Position numbers and translations under genes: made by a program. A DNA stretch of 64,000 bases from the human T2T-CHM13v2.0 reference genome, Homo sapiens. The stretch lies in assembly GCF_009914755.1 (NCBI RefSeq), contig NC_060929.1; one strand, 5' to 3'. Positions within the stretch are counted from its first letter, which is position 1. Each line of letters begins with the position of its first letter. Shown piece by piece: positions 1 to 14,298 of the stretch. The notes below the pieces were generated by a model that searched no databases, was not told where the DNA came from, and worked only from the letters and a program-made list of their open reading frames with translations.

Positions 1-218
1 AGAATCTTACTAGGCTGCTCATCCGTTTGGTTCATAGAGACCACAACATCAAGCAGCTATCAGTCAGATCCCTGCTGATCAAAAAGCTATGAGAATAACT
101 TTGGTTTGGTTCTGTTACTTGCTATAATAATTAAGTTTCTCTGTCTTTGCTGTTTAAGCATAGAAACCTGTCTTCAATTCTAATCTCGATATTTCTATTG
201 AGATTAAGAACTCCACTT

Positions 219-360
219 TCCTAGCTACCTGAGAGGCTGAAGGGGGAGGATCACTGGAACCCAGGAAGTCAAGATGTAGGAAGCTGCAACTGTGCTACTG
301 TACTCCAGTCTAGGTGATGAAGTGAGACCCTGTCAAAAAAAAACAAAAAAACCCAAAAAA
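219..360 (+). mobile_element. Old Alu monomer fragment (FLAM/FRAM/AluJ arm)
   Basis: cctagctacctgagaggctga...gatcactggaacccaggaag...tactccagtctaggtgatgaagtgagaccctgtc followed by an A-rich tail. Confidence 0.8.
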
Positions 361-737
361 ACTCAACATTATATTGCCTTCATTTACCTTCATCTGCCTC
401 CACCACAACTTTGCTATTCCAGCAAAGTTGGTGACTACCTCTCCAATGAGTTACCTGACAAAGGGTAAGGAATGTAACCACCGGGTCCTTCAGGGGCCAT
501 GTTAGGAGGCAGCAAGAAACACAATAGATCAGTTTCAAAAATTTCCTCACTGTAAGCCTTTTAGTTTATTTCTGTATTAAAAAACAGTAATTCAAGCATC
601 CAACCTCCTTTACTCCAGGCAACAGTGAATCTAGGCATGGAATTAGGGAACTAGCAGATCATAAATGGCACTCTTAGTTAATTGTTCTAATATAACTTTT
701 AGAGGTTTCCCTTTCTGTACCACTCTGGTACCAGTTA

Positions 738-1162
738 TCCTATGAGTTAGAGTTCTGGTGAAAAAGAGATAGCACATATAAAAAGTAATTGAGAATTGTT
801 TAAGAAAGAAGCCATTTTAAAATGAGTAGGTAGCATGAAAACTGCAAGTAATAGGGGATCTCAGGGACAACAATAGTAAGAGCTTCTCTACCCTACACCT
901 CAGAGAGTAGGAAAGAACATTTTTTAGGATAGGGCTTGCCCATGAAGTTGTCATCTTTGGTAAAGAGACACAGCAAACGTGGAGTGATCTCACAGGGAGT
1001 GTGTCAGAGGAATCAGCTTCCCAGCCTAGTTAAAGCCAATTAATAGACACAGTGTCAGGGAGACTGTTGAGGCTGCCCATTAAAGTCAGTGCTCTCGGCC
1101 ACAGAACTGACTTGAGAATAGTCAAGAGTGAATCTAAAAAGGTTATAAGAAAACATATAGCA
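738..1162 (-). mobile_element. Degenerate ERVL-class LTR (LTR33/LTR41-like), probably with internal sequence to its left
   Basis: Right end resembles the reverse complement of the LTR33/41 start (gtcagtgctctcggccacagaactga...gagtgaatct...catatagca); adjacent cactctggtacca is the reverse of the tggtaccag start of ERVL internal regions. Confidence 0.4.
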
Positions 1163-2481
1163 TATATATAGTGTGAAAGCATAAGAGTTGTTCTAAGAAA
1201 ACTATCAATTCAAAGATGAGGCAGGATAAAAATAGCATCAAAAAAGCCAAAGGAAAAATTTCAAAGGTGAATGATTTGGTCAATAATATCATTAACACTA
1301 ACTACAGTAAGTATAACAACTTTAATTAAATATTACAAATTTAATGTTACCCAGAAACTGGAAACATTTCAGTATTTTTTAGAACATCTGTATGTAGCAT
1401 TGATCATTTTTCTTAACATGGGGAATATGTGTGATATCTCTAAAGTTACACAGAAAGTAGGTTAAAGGCTATTTTGTGTCAAAGTCACCCCTCAAATACT
1501 TGACTCTAAATAACTAATTCAAATGCAGTGGAGTAGTTGAGAAGGGAAAGATAGAAAATATTGTTGGATTTGCCAAAGTTGCTGATTGGTTATTAGAGAT
1601 TCCTGGTATTAAAACGATGGGTTCTCTAAGAGACGAAATAGCAGTTCTATATCATACTTTCCCAGGAATTTGATTTTGACTTGATTTCATTTAAATAGGT
1701 AGAATTGTAAATAAGGGCTGACATTGTTGAGTCAGTGTCAGTGGTTGTATGCTTATATATTTAAGCATACAAACACGCATACACATCTTTTAAACAGCAT
1801 ACTTATACATATTCAAAAATAAGCGGAATACAACATTTTACAAAAAAAGTTAAAAATGTAATTGAGTGAGGCGATTTATAGGCAACAAAATTTCAAATCA
1901 TGTAGGAAAAGATTGGTTTCAGTTGCTTCCTGTAATTTTCTTGTTAAAAGAGAATTAGTATTATAATGAAATGATTTCGACTCCATTGAACATCTAGTTT
2001 TTAATATAAAATGTTAGTAAAACGTGTTAAATTTATACACACAGACACACACACATTTTAGACAAGAATATTAAAAAAGTTACACTTTTATCTTTTTCCT
2101 GTTTTATCTTTATATCTTAGAACTTTTAGAAAATCATTCTGTATTACGATTGATAATGCTATATTTGCAATCAGCTTTTTTCTATCTTTACTATTAACTT
2201 CTAAATTATTTGCATTTTTTCTGTTTGAAATAAAAAAAATTAAATCAGTGGCCTATGCTATCTTTCTTTAGACCAAGAATCCCGAGGTTCATACATTTAC
2301 AGAAGAGAGCTTTATTTTGTACAAAGGGTTATAGCCTGGAGGCTGGCCATCCCAAAGGTTGGCCAATAAACATGTGAAAAAATGCTCAATATCACTAACT
2401 ATCAGGGAAATGCAAATCAAAACCACAATGTGATAACACCTTATTCCTGCAAGAATGACCATCATCAAAAAATCAAAAATA

Positions 2482-3064
<583 letters not shown>

Positions 3065-3193
3065 TCAATCAATGAGTGGATAAAGAAAATACTATACACA
3101 CACACATACACACACACACACACATAGATACATTATATATATACACATTAAATATAATGTATCTCTATATATTTTATCTATATAATGTACCTA

Positions 3194-4593
3194 CATTATA
3201 TCCATCTATATAATGTACCTACATTATATCCGTCGATGTAATGTACCGACATTATATCCGTCGATGTAATGTACCGACATTATATCCGTCGATGTAATGT
3301 ACCGACATTATATCCGTCGATGTAATGTACCGACATTATATCCGTCGATGTAATGTACCGACATTATATCCGTCGATGTAATGTACCGACATTATATCCG
3401 TCGATGTAATGTACCGACATTATATCCGTCGATGTAATGTACCGACATTATATCCGTCGATGTAATGTACCGACATTATATCCGTCGATGTAATGTACCG
3501 ACATTATATCCGTCGATGTAATGTACCGACATTATATCCGTCGATGTAATGTACCGACATTATATCCGTCGATGTAATGTACCGACATTATATCCGTCGA
3601 TGTAATGTACCGACATTATATCCGTCGATGTAATGTACCGACATTATATCCGTCGATGTAATGTACCGACATTATATCCGTCGATGTAATGTACCGACAT
3701 TATGTCCGTCGATGTAATGTACCGACATTATGTCCGTCGATGTAATGTACCGACATTATGTCCGTCGATGTAATGTACCGACATTATGTCCGTCGATGTA
3801 ATGTACCGACATTATGTCCGTCGATGTAATGTACCGACATTATGTCCGTCGATGTAATGTACCGACATTATGTCCGTCGATGTAATGTACCGACATTATG
3901 TCCGTCGATGTAATGTACCGACATTATGTCCGTCGATGTAATGTACCGACATTATGTCCGTCGATGTAATGTACCGACATTATGTCCGTCGATGTAATGT
4001 ACCGACATTATGTCCGTCGATGTAATGTACCGACATTATGTCCGTCGATGTAATGTACCGACATTATGTCCGTCGATGTAATGTACCGACATTATGTCCG
4101 TCGATGTAATGTACCGACATTATGTCCGTCGATGTAATGTACCGACATTATGTCCGTCGATGTAATGTACCGACATTATGTCCGTCGATGTAATGTACCG
4201 ACATTATGTCCGTCGATGTAATGTACCGACATTATGTCCGTCGATGTAATGTACCGACATTATGTCCGTCGATGTAATGTACCGACATTATGTCCGTCGA
4301 TGTAATGTACCGACATTATGTCCGTCGATGTAATGTACCGACATTATGTCCGTCGATGTAATGTACCGACATTATGTCCGTCGATGTAATGTACCGACAT
4401 TATGTCCGTCGATGTAATGTACCGACATTATGTCCGTCGATGTAATGTACCGACATTATGTCCGTCGATGTAATGTACCGACATTATGTCCGTCGATGTA
4501 ATGTACCGACATTATGTCCGTCGATGTAATGTACCGACATTATGTCCGTCTATGTAATGTATCTACATTATATCTGTCTATGTAATGTAGATA
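3194..4593. repeat. 28-bp CpG-rich minisatellite (VNTR)
   Basis: 17 copies of cattatatccgtcgatgtaatgtaccga (3222-3697), then 30 copies of cattatgtccgtcgatgtaatgtaccga (3698-4537), with diverged edge units starting at 3194, 4538 and 4566. Confidence 0.98.
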
Positions 4594-4878
4594 CATTATA
4601 TCTATATAATGTAGATACATTATATCTATATAATGTATCTATCTATATAATGTAGATACATTATATCTGTATAATGTAGATACATTATATCTGTATAATG
4701 TAGATACATTATATCTGTATAATGTAGATACATTATATCTGTATAATGTAGATACATTATATCTGTATAATGTAGATACATTATATCTGTATAATGTAGA
4801 TACATTATATCTGTATAATGTATCTATCTATATATAATGTATCTATATATATAATGTATCTATCTATATATGTATATA
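4594..4878. repeat. 24-bp AT-rich tandem repeat related to the 28-mer
   Basis: Six copies of cattatatctgtataatgtagata (4659-4802) plus degenerate TA-rich units. Confidence 0.95.
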
Positions 4879-5289
4879 CACCATGGAATTGTACTCAGAC
4901 ATAAAAAGGAACAAAATAATGACATTTGCAGCAAGCTGGATGGAATTGGAGACCATTATTCTAAGTGAAGTAACTCAGGAATGGAAAACCAAACATTGTA
5001 TGTTCTCACTCATAAGTTGGAGCTGAGCTATGAGGAGGCAAATGAATAAGAATGATACAATGGACTTCGGGGACTTTGTAACCAAACACCACCTGCACAC
5101 CAAAAACCTATTGAAATAAATACAAAATTAAAAATTAAAAAAATAATTCCCCCAAGCATTGGCAAGCAAATATTTACATGTAAAAAAAAAATGATAGTTC
5201 TGAAACCACATGCAATTCTGATTCGATGTGAGACTTACCTTTCCACATCAAGGTAGTGAATTAAGAAAATAATGACTCTCTGCCAGTGA

Positions 5290-5510
5290 TTGCTCATTAT
5301 CTGTCAGGGAATGCTCTAAATAATATATAGTACAGAATTTTGCCACCCTATCACGCTTCTGAGAATGTTCAAGTAAGATGACACCCATTTTACAGATGAA
5401 GTACAGTATGAGATGGTTAAATAACCTGCCAAAATACTCAGCTCAAAATTGCTTGCGGCCTGGCCATCAATATTCAGAGCCTACCCATTGAGCACCACGC
5501 TTTACTAACT
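5290..5510 (-). mobile_element. MIR fragment
   Basis: cccattttacagatgaagtaca...gagatggttaaataacctgcc, the MIR core in reverse. Confidence 0.65.
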
Positions 5511-7747
5511 TCTACAGTTGCCACTATCATTTACAAATCCAAGATCCTTAAAATAAGCTGCATATTTAAATCCCATGTTACCATTTACACGTAATGGAAT
5601 AATGGAGAATCAAGAAACCATAAGCTTTTCGTCTCGTCTGATACGAGGAGACTTCACATACTGTGTCTGTAGCATGCAATGCATGTGTTTCAAAGTCCTT
5701 GACAAGAGTTCCACAATTTAGAATATTATTTGAAATAAAATAAAGTGAAAAAGTCAGTTTGATATTTAAACTTCATGAAAACGAGATACGTGTTCTTTTT
5801 CTTAGCTGTTATTTCCCTACCCTCTCACCTTAACTCTGTTAAATCCACAAATGCTTTTCACATAACTTCAGGGGAAACACAGCTGTAGAAAATCAAGAAA
5901 AAGAATATTTAATCTAGACATTACTAGATTTTTATTTATTGAAAAAAACTGAATTTTGCCTTTCATTTTAGACCTAGATATCATGACTTATTCCTATTAT
6001 AAGAGAAAATTAAGTTTCTGCAGATGATTCCCTACATTTAAAAATGTTAAAAAAAGTGATATTCTTTCTATTTAATGAAAATATACTGTGATTTGTGAAA
6101 GACTCAAACACTACACAGGAGAGAATATCACATTACTAAAATATTTGTAGATGATATTTTCAAATATGTTCTTTAATCTAAATCAATACAACATTTGACT
6201 TCACAGTGTTTTTAATTATAATTTTATAGCATTTTATGATTCAAAAAATGATAAGACAAGTTTTACTTCAATATTAATTTTTCATTGTGTTCTGTTGAGC
6301 AAAGTAATCCATTAGGAATATATGGAAGTTTTCACAAAATGAATAAGAAAATACTGTATCTCACATTAGTTTAAGTTGTTGAAGATAAGAAAATATTGTT
6401 ATTGAAGAAAACTACCAAATGCATTCCCTAAATACGAAAAAAGTGTACAAAAGATATACTAGATGCATTACAAATGTGACTCAGAATCTCCCAACAATAA
6501 AAACCCATCTTGCATCAAATGGCAATACCAACATGTATCTTCTTAGGTGTAAAATGATTTCTCTTGCCAAGTATAGTTTTCATCTGTCTAGCAGTTAGTT
6601 TGATGAAGAGTTTATAAAGTAAAAATATGCCAAAATCGAGACTGTTATGTATTAATTACATTCAAATTTTCCATTTTTTCCTTAAGCATGAGAAACATTT
6701 TGTTCAGATTTAAAAATGAAAAACAAGTTAAGGACATCTATAATGACTTCTGGTGTCTCTTGAATATTCATATTTGGGTCATTATCTTTCCAAGGTCAGA
6801 AGAAACGTTGATTGAATTGCATGCTTCCTAATGGGCATATTACTTTAGGCATCAACGACTGACAAACAATTCTAAATTGAATTTATGCCTAACAGATAAA
6901 TAGCACATGAAACGATCATTTCTTGTTGTTACTTTTGCTCCGAATTCTGCTATTGTAGTTTAGTTTATAAGATAGTTAACTCCTCATGGACAACACCACC
7001 ATTATTTTATATTAAATGCTTCTTTCCTATCCTGTGAGATACAATTGTGTTAACTAAGTAAAAATTATTTATGCATAAAAATGTCAAAAACAGTTATTTT
7101 TGACAGTTATCCATCAAATTATAGAGGCTAATACGCTGCCTAATTCTACTTTACAAGAACTTCATCTTGGCTGTATTGGTGTGTTAACAAAATCATATTT
7201 TCCCTTCTAATTTTTGTAGCAATGACATATTAAATACGGATTTTAATATAATATTTTTAGCAGGCATATTTCATATTGTTTAAAATCATTTATGCAAGAT
7301 GTAAAGCAAAAACCAAATAAACCTCCAAGCCATAATTAGTACTACAGTCTAGCTTATTTTAATTATATTGAAAAAGTATTTGAAACTAATATAAAACAGT
7401 TTTAACTAACCTGTTAATGTTATTATTCTCAATTTATCAACTAAGTATGGCAATTATCATTTCCACTTTACTTTCTTTTCCTCACCAGCCTATTCATGTA
7501 AAATGTTTTGAATGCACATTGCCAAATGTATATGGATGCATGTTATACGTATGTAAAGGTATGTTTCCACATGGGTGAAATTAATTCACATCCTTGATAG
7601 TTGGATCTAACAGAACTGACACAAATATTAATTAATGGTCATTTAAACCAATTTATAGCGTTAACCTCTGGCATTATAAGTTATAAATATTATCTTAGAC
7701 TTTTCAAAGATTGATTTGATTTTTTATATTTAAGCAGTCTTATTTAG

Positions 7748-8089
<342 letters not shown>

Positions 8090-8193
8090 TAATACTAGAC
8101 TTATAATCAAATAATAAAGACATTATAATAAATAATAATTTTACATAAGATTAGTATAGTAAAAGGAGGAATGTGGCAATTAAATACATTCCA

Positions 8194-8867
8194 AATAGCT
8201 ATTACTGAAAAGTCAAAAAATATTTTAACAAATGCTGGCGAGGTTGCACAGTAAAAGAAACACTTACATACTGTTAGTGGGAGTGTAAATTAGTTCAAAC
8301 ATTGTGGAATAAAGTATGGCAATTCCTCAAAGACCCAAAGACAGAAATACTATTCTACCCAGCAGTCCCATTACTAGGTATATACCCAAAGGAACGAAAT
8401 CATTCTACTATAAAGACACATGCATGGGTATGTTTCTTGGAGCACTATTCACACTAGCCAAGACATGGAGTCAACCTAAATGCATATCAATAATAATAGG
8501 CTGGATAAATAAAATGTGTATGGAATATTATGCAGCCATAAAAAGAACAAGATCATGTCCTTTGTATGGACATGCATGGAGCTGGAGGCCATTATTCTTC
8601 CCAAACTAATGCAAGAACGGAAAACCAAATACCACATGTTCTCACTTATAAGTGAGAGCTAAATAATGAGAACATATGGACACATAGAAGGAACTGGGCC
8701 TACTGGAGGGTAGAGAGTGGCAAGAGGGAGAGGATCAGGAAAAATAACAAATGAGTACTCTGCTTAATACGTGGGTGATGAAATAATATGTACAACAAAG
8801 CCCATGACACAAGTTTACCTGTGTAACAAATCTGCGCATGTACTGCTGAAGTTAAAAGTTAAAAAAA
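8194..8867 (+). mobile_element. L1PA (older, PA13-16-like) 3' end
   Basis: ORF2 C-terminal remnant (ORF 8316-8609, ...ALFTLAKTWSQPKC...) and 3' UTR gagggagaggatcaggaaaaataac...tttacctgtgtaacaaatctgcgcatg. Confidence 0.9.
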
Positions 8868-8986
8868 TACATTCTGAAATAATAAAACATTTCAAAATTG
8901 TATTGTTTATATTATATTCCCACTATTGTCAATTAGTACATGTGCTGATACAAAAATAAATCTATTTCTTTTAAGAATATAATTCA

Positions 8987-9332
<346 letters not shown>

Positions 9333-9624
9333 TTACTTGATGCCTATTCTCTCTAAGACAGTAAAATGAAAGCTTAATTTTCCATTATTTTACAATCTTT
9401 ACAATAATTTTTCAAGTCGGAAGTTATCATTGCTTTTTACATTAACAGATAATTAACCTGGCGAAGGTCACAGAGCTACTTGGTTGCCTAGTCCATACTC
9501 TGAGTCTAAATTTTAAGGTATTTCTATTACACCCTAACATCTCTCCATTGAACTTTGAAACATAAATAGAAATTTTATGTCTTTATGCAATATTTATTTA
9601 TTTATTAGAATAAAAATCATAGTC

Positions 9625-9627
<3 letters not shown>

Positions 9628-9672
<45 letters not shown>
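9628..9672. repeat. (TA)n microsatellite
   Basis: Perfect TA run. Confidence 0.97.
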
Positions 9673-9677
<5 letters not shown>

Positions 9678-9784
9678 GCCCAAACTGAATTGTGAACTCC
9701 ATGAAAGCAAGGATGTTGTCCATTTTACCTTTTATCTGCTCTAATTTTTTTGAAAGGTGACATGGGAACAATAAAAAAGGGTAT

Positions 9785-9950
9785 TCATTTAAGAATCAAA
9801 TCGTCATGGTTCAAGTTCTAACGCCTCATTTAATGGGGGAAACTTGACTAATCATCTGTTTCCTTATCTATAAGATGCAGAAAATAATAATAACCTCATA
9901 ATATTGTTATGTGTAGTCAACTACAATAGTATATGAAAGCCTGGTGCAGC
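9785..9950 (+). mobile_element. MIR fragment
   Basis: ggttcaagttctaacgcctc...tctgtttccttatctataagatgcagaaaataataataacctcata. Confidence 0.65.
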
Positions 9951-11235
9951 CAAGGTATTCAACATCCTCTTCGTTAATATCCATCCCCAAGGTTATGTAA
10001 GGGAAAGCTCAGAGTGCACTTTCTTGGTCCAATTCTCAAACTCTGGGTCACTTCAGCCACCACATGGGCAATCCATCTAATGCAGTATTCCATGTCGTTT
10101 TACTGAAATTCACGCATTTCCATTTGACCATTTTATGATGACTCAAAACATTTATTCCGATAACCATTGAATTCAATAGATATAACTATGGATGTAATTG
10201 GATACATATGAATATAAATATTATGTCACAGAAACCTCACACCTTTGTGCCTTCTCTCATTTGGCGCATTTCATCTATCTCATCCAATTTCTGTTTCTGG
10301 GAGATGATCAGCCAGTTTGCCAGTCTCACTTACGATAATTACGTTTCCCTCTATCCAATTTTTTCCCAGTGGCATTCCAGCCAGTCTCTTTATTGCAACA
10401 AACTTACCCACCTGCTTTTCCACGTTTTTGGTGCAATTCCAATTATATAGCTACCTCTTTTTATCTAAGAGGCAAAAAATTATTAAAGCAAATCACTCAC
10501 TCGGATTGATTCTGTTATAAATTCATGATATCTAGCACCAATAAAAGTCTGAAAGCCAACTAGCACATCTTTTACCCATCTTTGTTAAGTGTCACATGCT
10601 CCACACTGGTTATCAGACATCTCCTTTTACTGTAAACCTCTCCTACCTAATATTCTGCTTTCAGCAGCCAACTCTCCATTCTACCTTAAAACAAAAATAG
10701 AAGCCATATAAAAGTGTAACAAACACTCACACACGTACACATTATGGTACTACTAACCTACCTGCTTACCAACATACATGTCTATGTTCATGTTCTTTTC
10801 AAATGTACTATTTTCACAATAAAATAGGTGGCTCTTCAGTCAATTCCAAGTAACTATTAATTATATTTTGTTTCTACTTGCTTATATGAAAAGCTTCTCC
10901 TTTAATGATCCCCTCAATTTCCCTCTCTTTGTTTTATGTTCAGCCTCTGTCATCTCTATGGGCTCTTTCTAATCATGTTTTACACATGCAAAGTTCACTT
11001 CTCTTTTGTAAAACCAATTAATGGAAATCAAAATAGCTCTCCTTTGATCTCATGTTTTCCTCCATCCACTGCCTATTCTCTCTTCATACCACTCCAATTT
11101 TTTAAAATGCCTGCATATCTGCTTTCTTTATTTACTTCCCATTTACTTATTCTTAACTTATTCTCTTACTTATTCTCAACTTGCTGCCATGTAAATGTGG
11201 TATTTTCATCATTACAGGTCATTAAAAGTGTGTGA

Positions 11236-11236
<1 letters not shown>

Positions 11237-11268
<32 letters not shown>
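11237..11268. repeat. (CA)n microsatellite
   Basis: CA run. Confidence 0.95.
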
Positions 11269-11271
<3 letters not shown>

Positions 11272-13806
11272 TGACCATTGGCAGTTCTTATTTTAATGCA
11301 CTTTTTTGGTATATGTAACACCCCATCTTTCAATGTGACATCATGCTCCCCTGGCTTTCCTATAACCTCCTAATTACTCCCAAGCAACATCAACATAATT
11401 TCAACCAGCTGATTAAGGGAAGACTGTATAAAATTGTCCCTTGATAGCCTAAATACTGTTAAATTCTAACCTCCTTTAGTGACTCTCTCTTTATCAATGC
11501 TCAGGTCTTAGAAAATGCTTTTTATGTGCTCACTTGAGGGCTTTTACAAAGATACTCCTTAACCAGGAAAACACCTGTCATCACAAACACACTCCTCTGG
11601 CAGCTGTGTTACTCATAATAGTCTCCTTTAATTTGTTAGCTTGCCTTAATTGTTCCTCCTTATACTCCTACAGAAGTCTCTACTATCTAAGGTATGTGTG
11701 TATAACATCAAATGTGTGCCTACCTTGTCATTTGTCTACTCTCTGCCCCAGATTTTTAGCTATGTGACAGCAGATCATTTACTCATTCATTCTTGCATTC
11801 AGCAGTCATTTAATGTCGCTTTTCAAGATAGAACAATGAGAGAACTGTACTTAGTACTTGCTCTCCTAATTTATTAGATGAGATACATCCTGAGACAAAT
11901 GAACACACAATTTTGATCTAATATTAGTTATTTTAAGGCTATAAAAGAAAAGTACAGTGTATATGTGTCAATAAAATAGTCTTCATTGTTGTAGAATATT
12001 ATTTCAGGGATCCTCACAACCCAGAATTTCCAAGTTGATTTTAAAAACTCACTGTTTCAGCAAAAACAGCAAAATACATTTCACAATCATCGCATTTTAA
12101 ATCTCTGCGTCTTAGCTTGTATATTTCCATTGTTAAAGGCTACTGAATGGGATATTTCCTGTTTTGCAAGTTTACTTATTCACTTCCAATTTGAAAACAA
12201 AAGCCGGTTAATATTGTATATTGCAGGATTAAAGAACTACTACATGTTAGGGCCAGTCACGTCTCACAGGATTTGCTAAGAGACATATAGAATGAAAAGA
12301 CAGAAAAATAAATTTTTATTAGACAAAATACCATACTGTGTATACTCAGGCTAATAGTAGTTGGTAAGAAGAAATCAGAAAACCTTGGTAGATATAACTG
12401 CCAAGTTTTTATTTTGACAATCACTCCGAATTCTCACCCATAACCATGATTACCTATTTCTGAAAGTGATCTGCAGAAGAAGAAATATAAGCACGTAAAA
12501 TACAGCAAATTAAATTACATACGAAAAAAATCCTCTTCAACCAAGCTTTTGTATGTCTGTATTCCCTCCAGCCCTGACATTTAACACAGACTGTGGCATG
12601 AATAGTAGTTAAATACTCTGCTTCTCAGGAGAGAACTCGTAATGCTATTCTTGCTCCGTGTCAACTGGCCTGAAGGAATCACTGTGAAGTTAATATTCAT
12701 GCTCCTTCTATGTTGACATATATTCTGAAGGGCTGAGAGGAGCCTGGGGTCATAACTTAGGTAGTGAACTTCTTGAACTTTCTGTGCCACATCTCTTTGT
12801 ATAGTTTTATGGTTCATCACCTGGCCTAACTGGAACCTTCTATCCTAATCAAACGTTTTACTCAATACCTTCTATAGTGCGCATATTTTTTTCTAAGTCT
12901 TTTTCTTGTAATGAAAATGAAGCTTCTTTTTTCCTTTTTCCAAGTATCAGATATCTTACTAAAACCATATGAGACATCTCCACTCCTGTATAGTTTTCTA
13001 ACCAATCCAATCCATATTAGCTATGATTTCTAAATTCTAGTGAAGTGTGTTTTCTTCAACATCCTCTCCTTTACCTAGAATGAATTTTAAGTGGACTATC
13101 AAGTCATGAATAAAATAATCTAGAAAAATATCACCTTTCCAGATGTACCTTAGAATTTGTAGTGTTTATGTCTAATATTGATATTATTTTATTATTGTCA
13201 ATTATCATAATATCAAAGATGTAAATATGTACTAAGCAGTTTTAAGTGTTGATGACTTACTTTAAAGTCTTGGAATGTGCTAGGTTAGGACAATAAGTTC
13301 AATGTGAGTGTTTCTTAAAAGTGAATATGTAATAAAAAGATTTATGTGACCAATTTAAATAACCAAAACCTCCCAAGGATGAAGCATCAGAGGATTAATA
13401 AAATTAATATCTAAGAATTTCCCCCATCTTTGCTCAAGACACAACATCAGCTGTGACCAGTGTGAAATTAATTCTCATTTCTGACATCAAAAAGTAGTAC
13501 ATTTGACTATAAAGCTCTTTGGTAAAATGTCTTATTTGTTCTTGCAATCGGAGTTTTAGATCATTACAGGGATTTTTTGAAAATATCTAGCCATGTTTCT
13601 CAATACCAACTCCAGAAAATCAAACACAATATAACAAACACAAAAACAGCAAAGCAAGTAAACAATTCACAATAAAATAATTGGGCTCTAAAGCCAATCA
13701 TTTATTATTAGTTCATTAGAAGATTAATTCTATCAGAGCCATGAGCTCTTTCTTTAAGAGAACTCCTAACTCTACTGCTAGCTGACTAGGTTTATGCTGA
13801 CCTTAA

Positions 13807-14298
13807 TGATACTGGCCAGGTCCAGGTTCATTCTGCTCATATGCAGTAAATCAATCACTGTGACATAGATTCTGCAAAAGAGAAAAGATTTACACACTAG
13901 GTCACCAAGAGATGAGGTGGACGAACAGTTCACAGGACATATGTACAGAAAATGGCAACATTAGCATGATCTTGAGGGTGGAGTTTTTGACCCTCTGATA
14001 TCAAAAGGCCACCTCTCAGGCACCCATGCAGACCCAGTTGAAGGGTCAGTGGTCTCAACTAGTTTGAACTAGACAGGAGCTGGCCAAGTTTCTGAAAAAC
14101 AATGGAAGCAACCATCACCATGGTCACCTATGAATGTTACTTATTAAGTCACCAGTAAAGGTTAAGTTTTAGTGTTTAGTGGTAAGGCCTTCAGTTACTG
14201 CAACCCTCAGCTACAGAGAAAAACAACAACAACAACAAAAGCAGGTGACTGAAAGCAAGCAGAGCATGCAGACCTGACTTTATTAACCCCATGGTTTG
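13807..14298 (-). mobile_element. ERV1-class solo LTR (MER31/MER34/LOR1 group, subfamily uncertain)
   Basis: ggtccaggttcattctgctc...aatcaatcactgtgaca...gcaggtgactgaaagcaagc...ttattaaccccatggttt resembles reversed LTRs of this group. Confidence 0.55.

Noticed and set aside
3222-4537. CRISPR array (28-bp palindromic repeats)
   Set aside because: The repeats are head to tail with no unique spacers, there are no cas genes, and the context is a eukaryotic L1
3222-4537. Classical CpG-island promoter or coding repeat
   Set aside because: GC is only 39-43%, and the 28-nt period rotates stop codons through all frames; the ORF track has nothing here
7082-7105. 9-bp inverted repeat tgtcaaaaa/tttttgaca
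   Set aside because: Low complexity and expected by chance in AT-rich DNA
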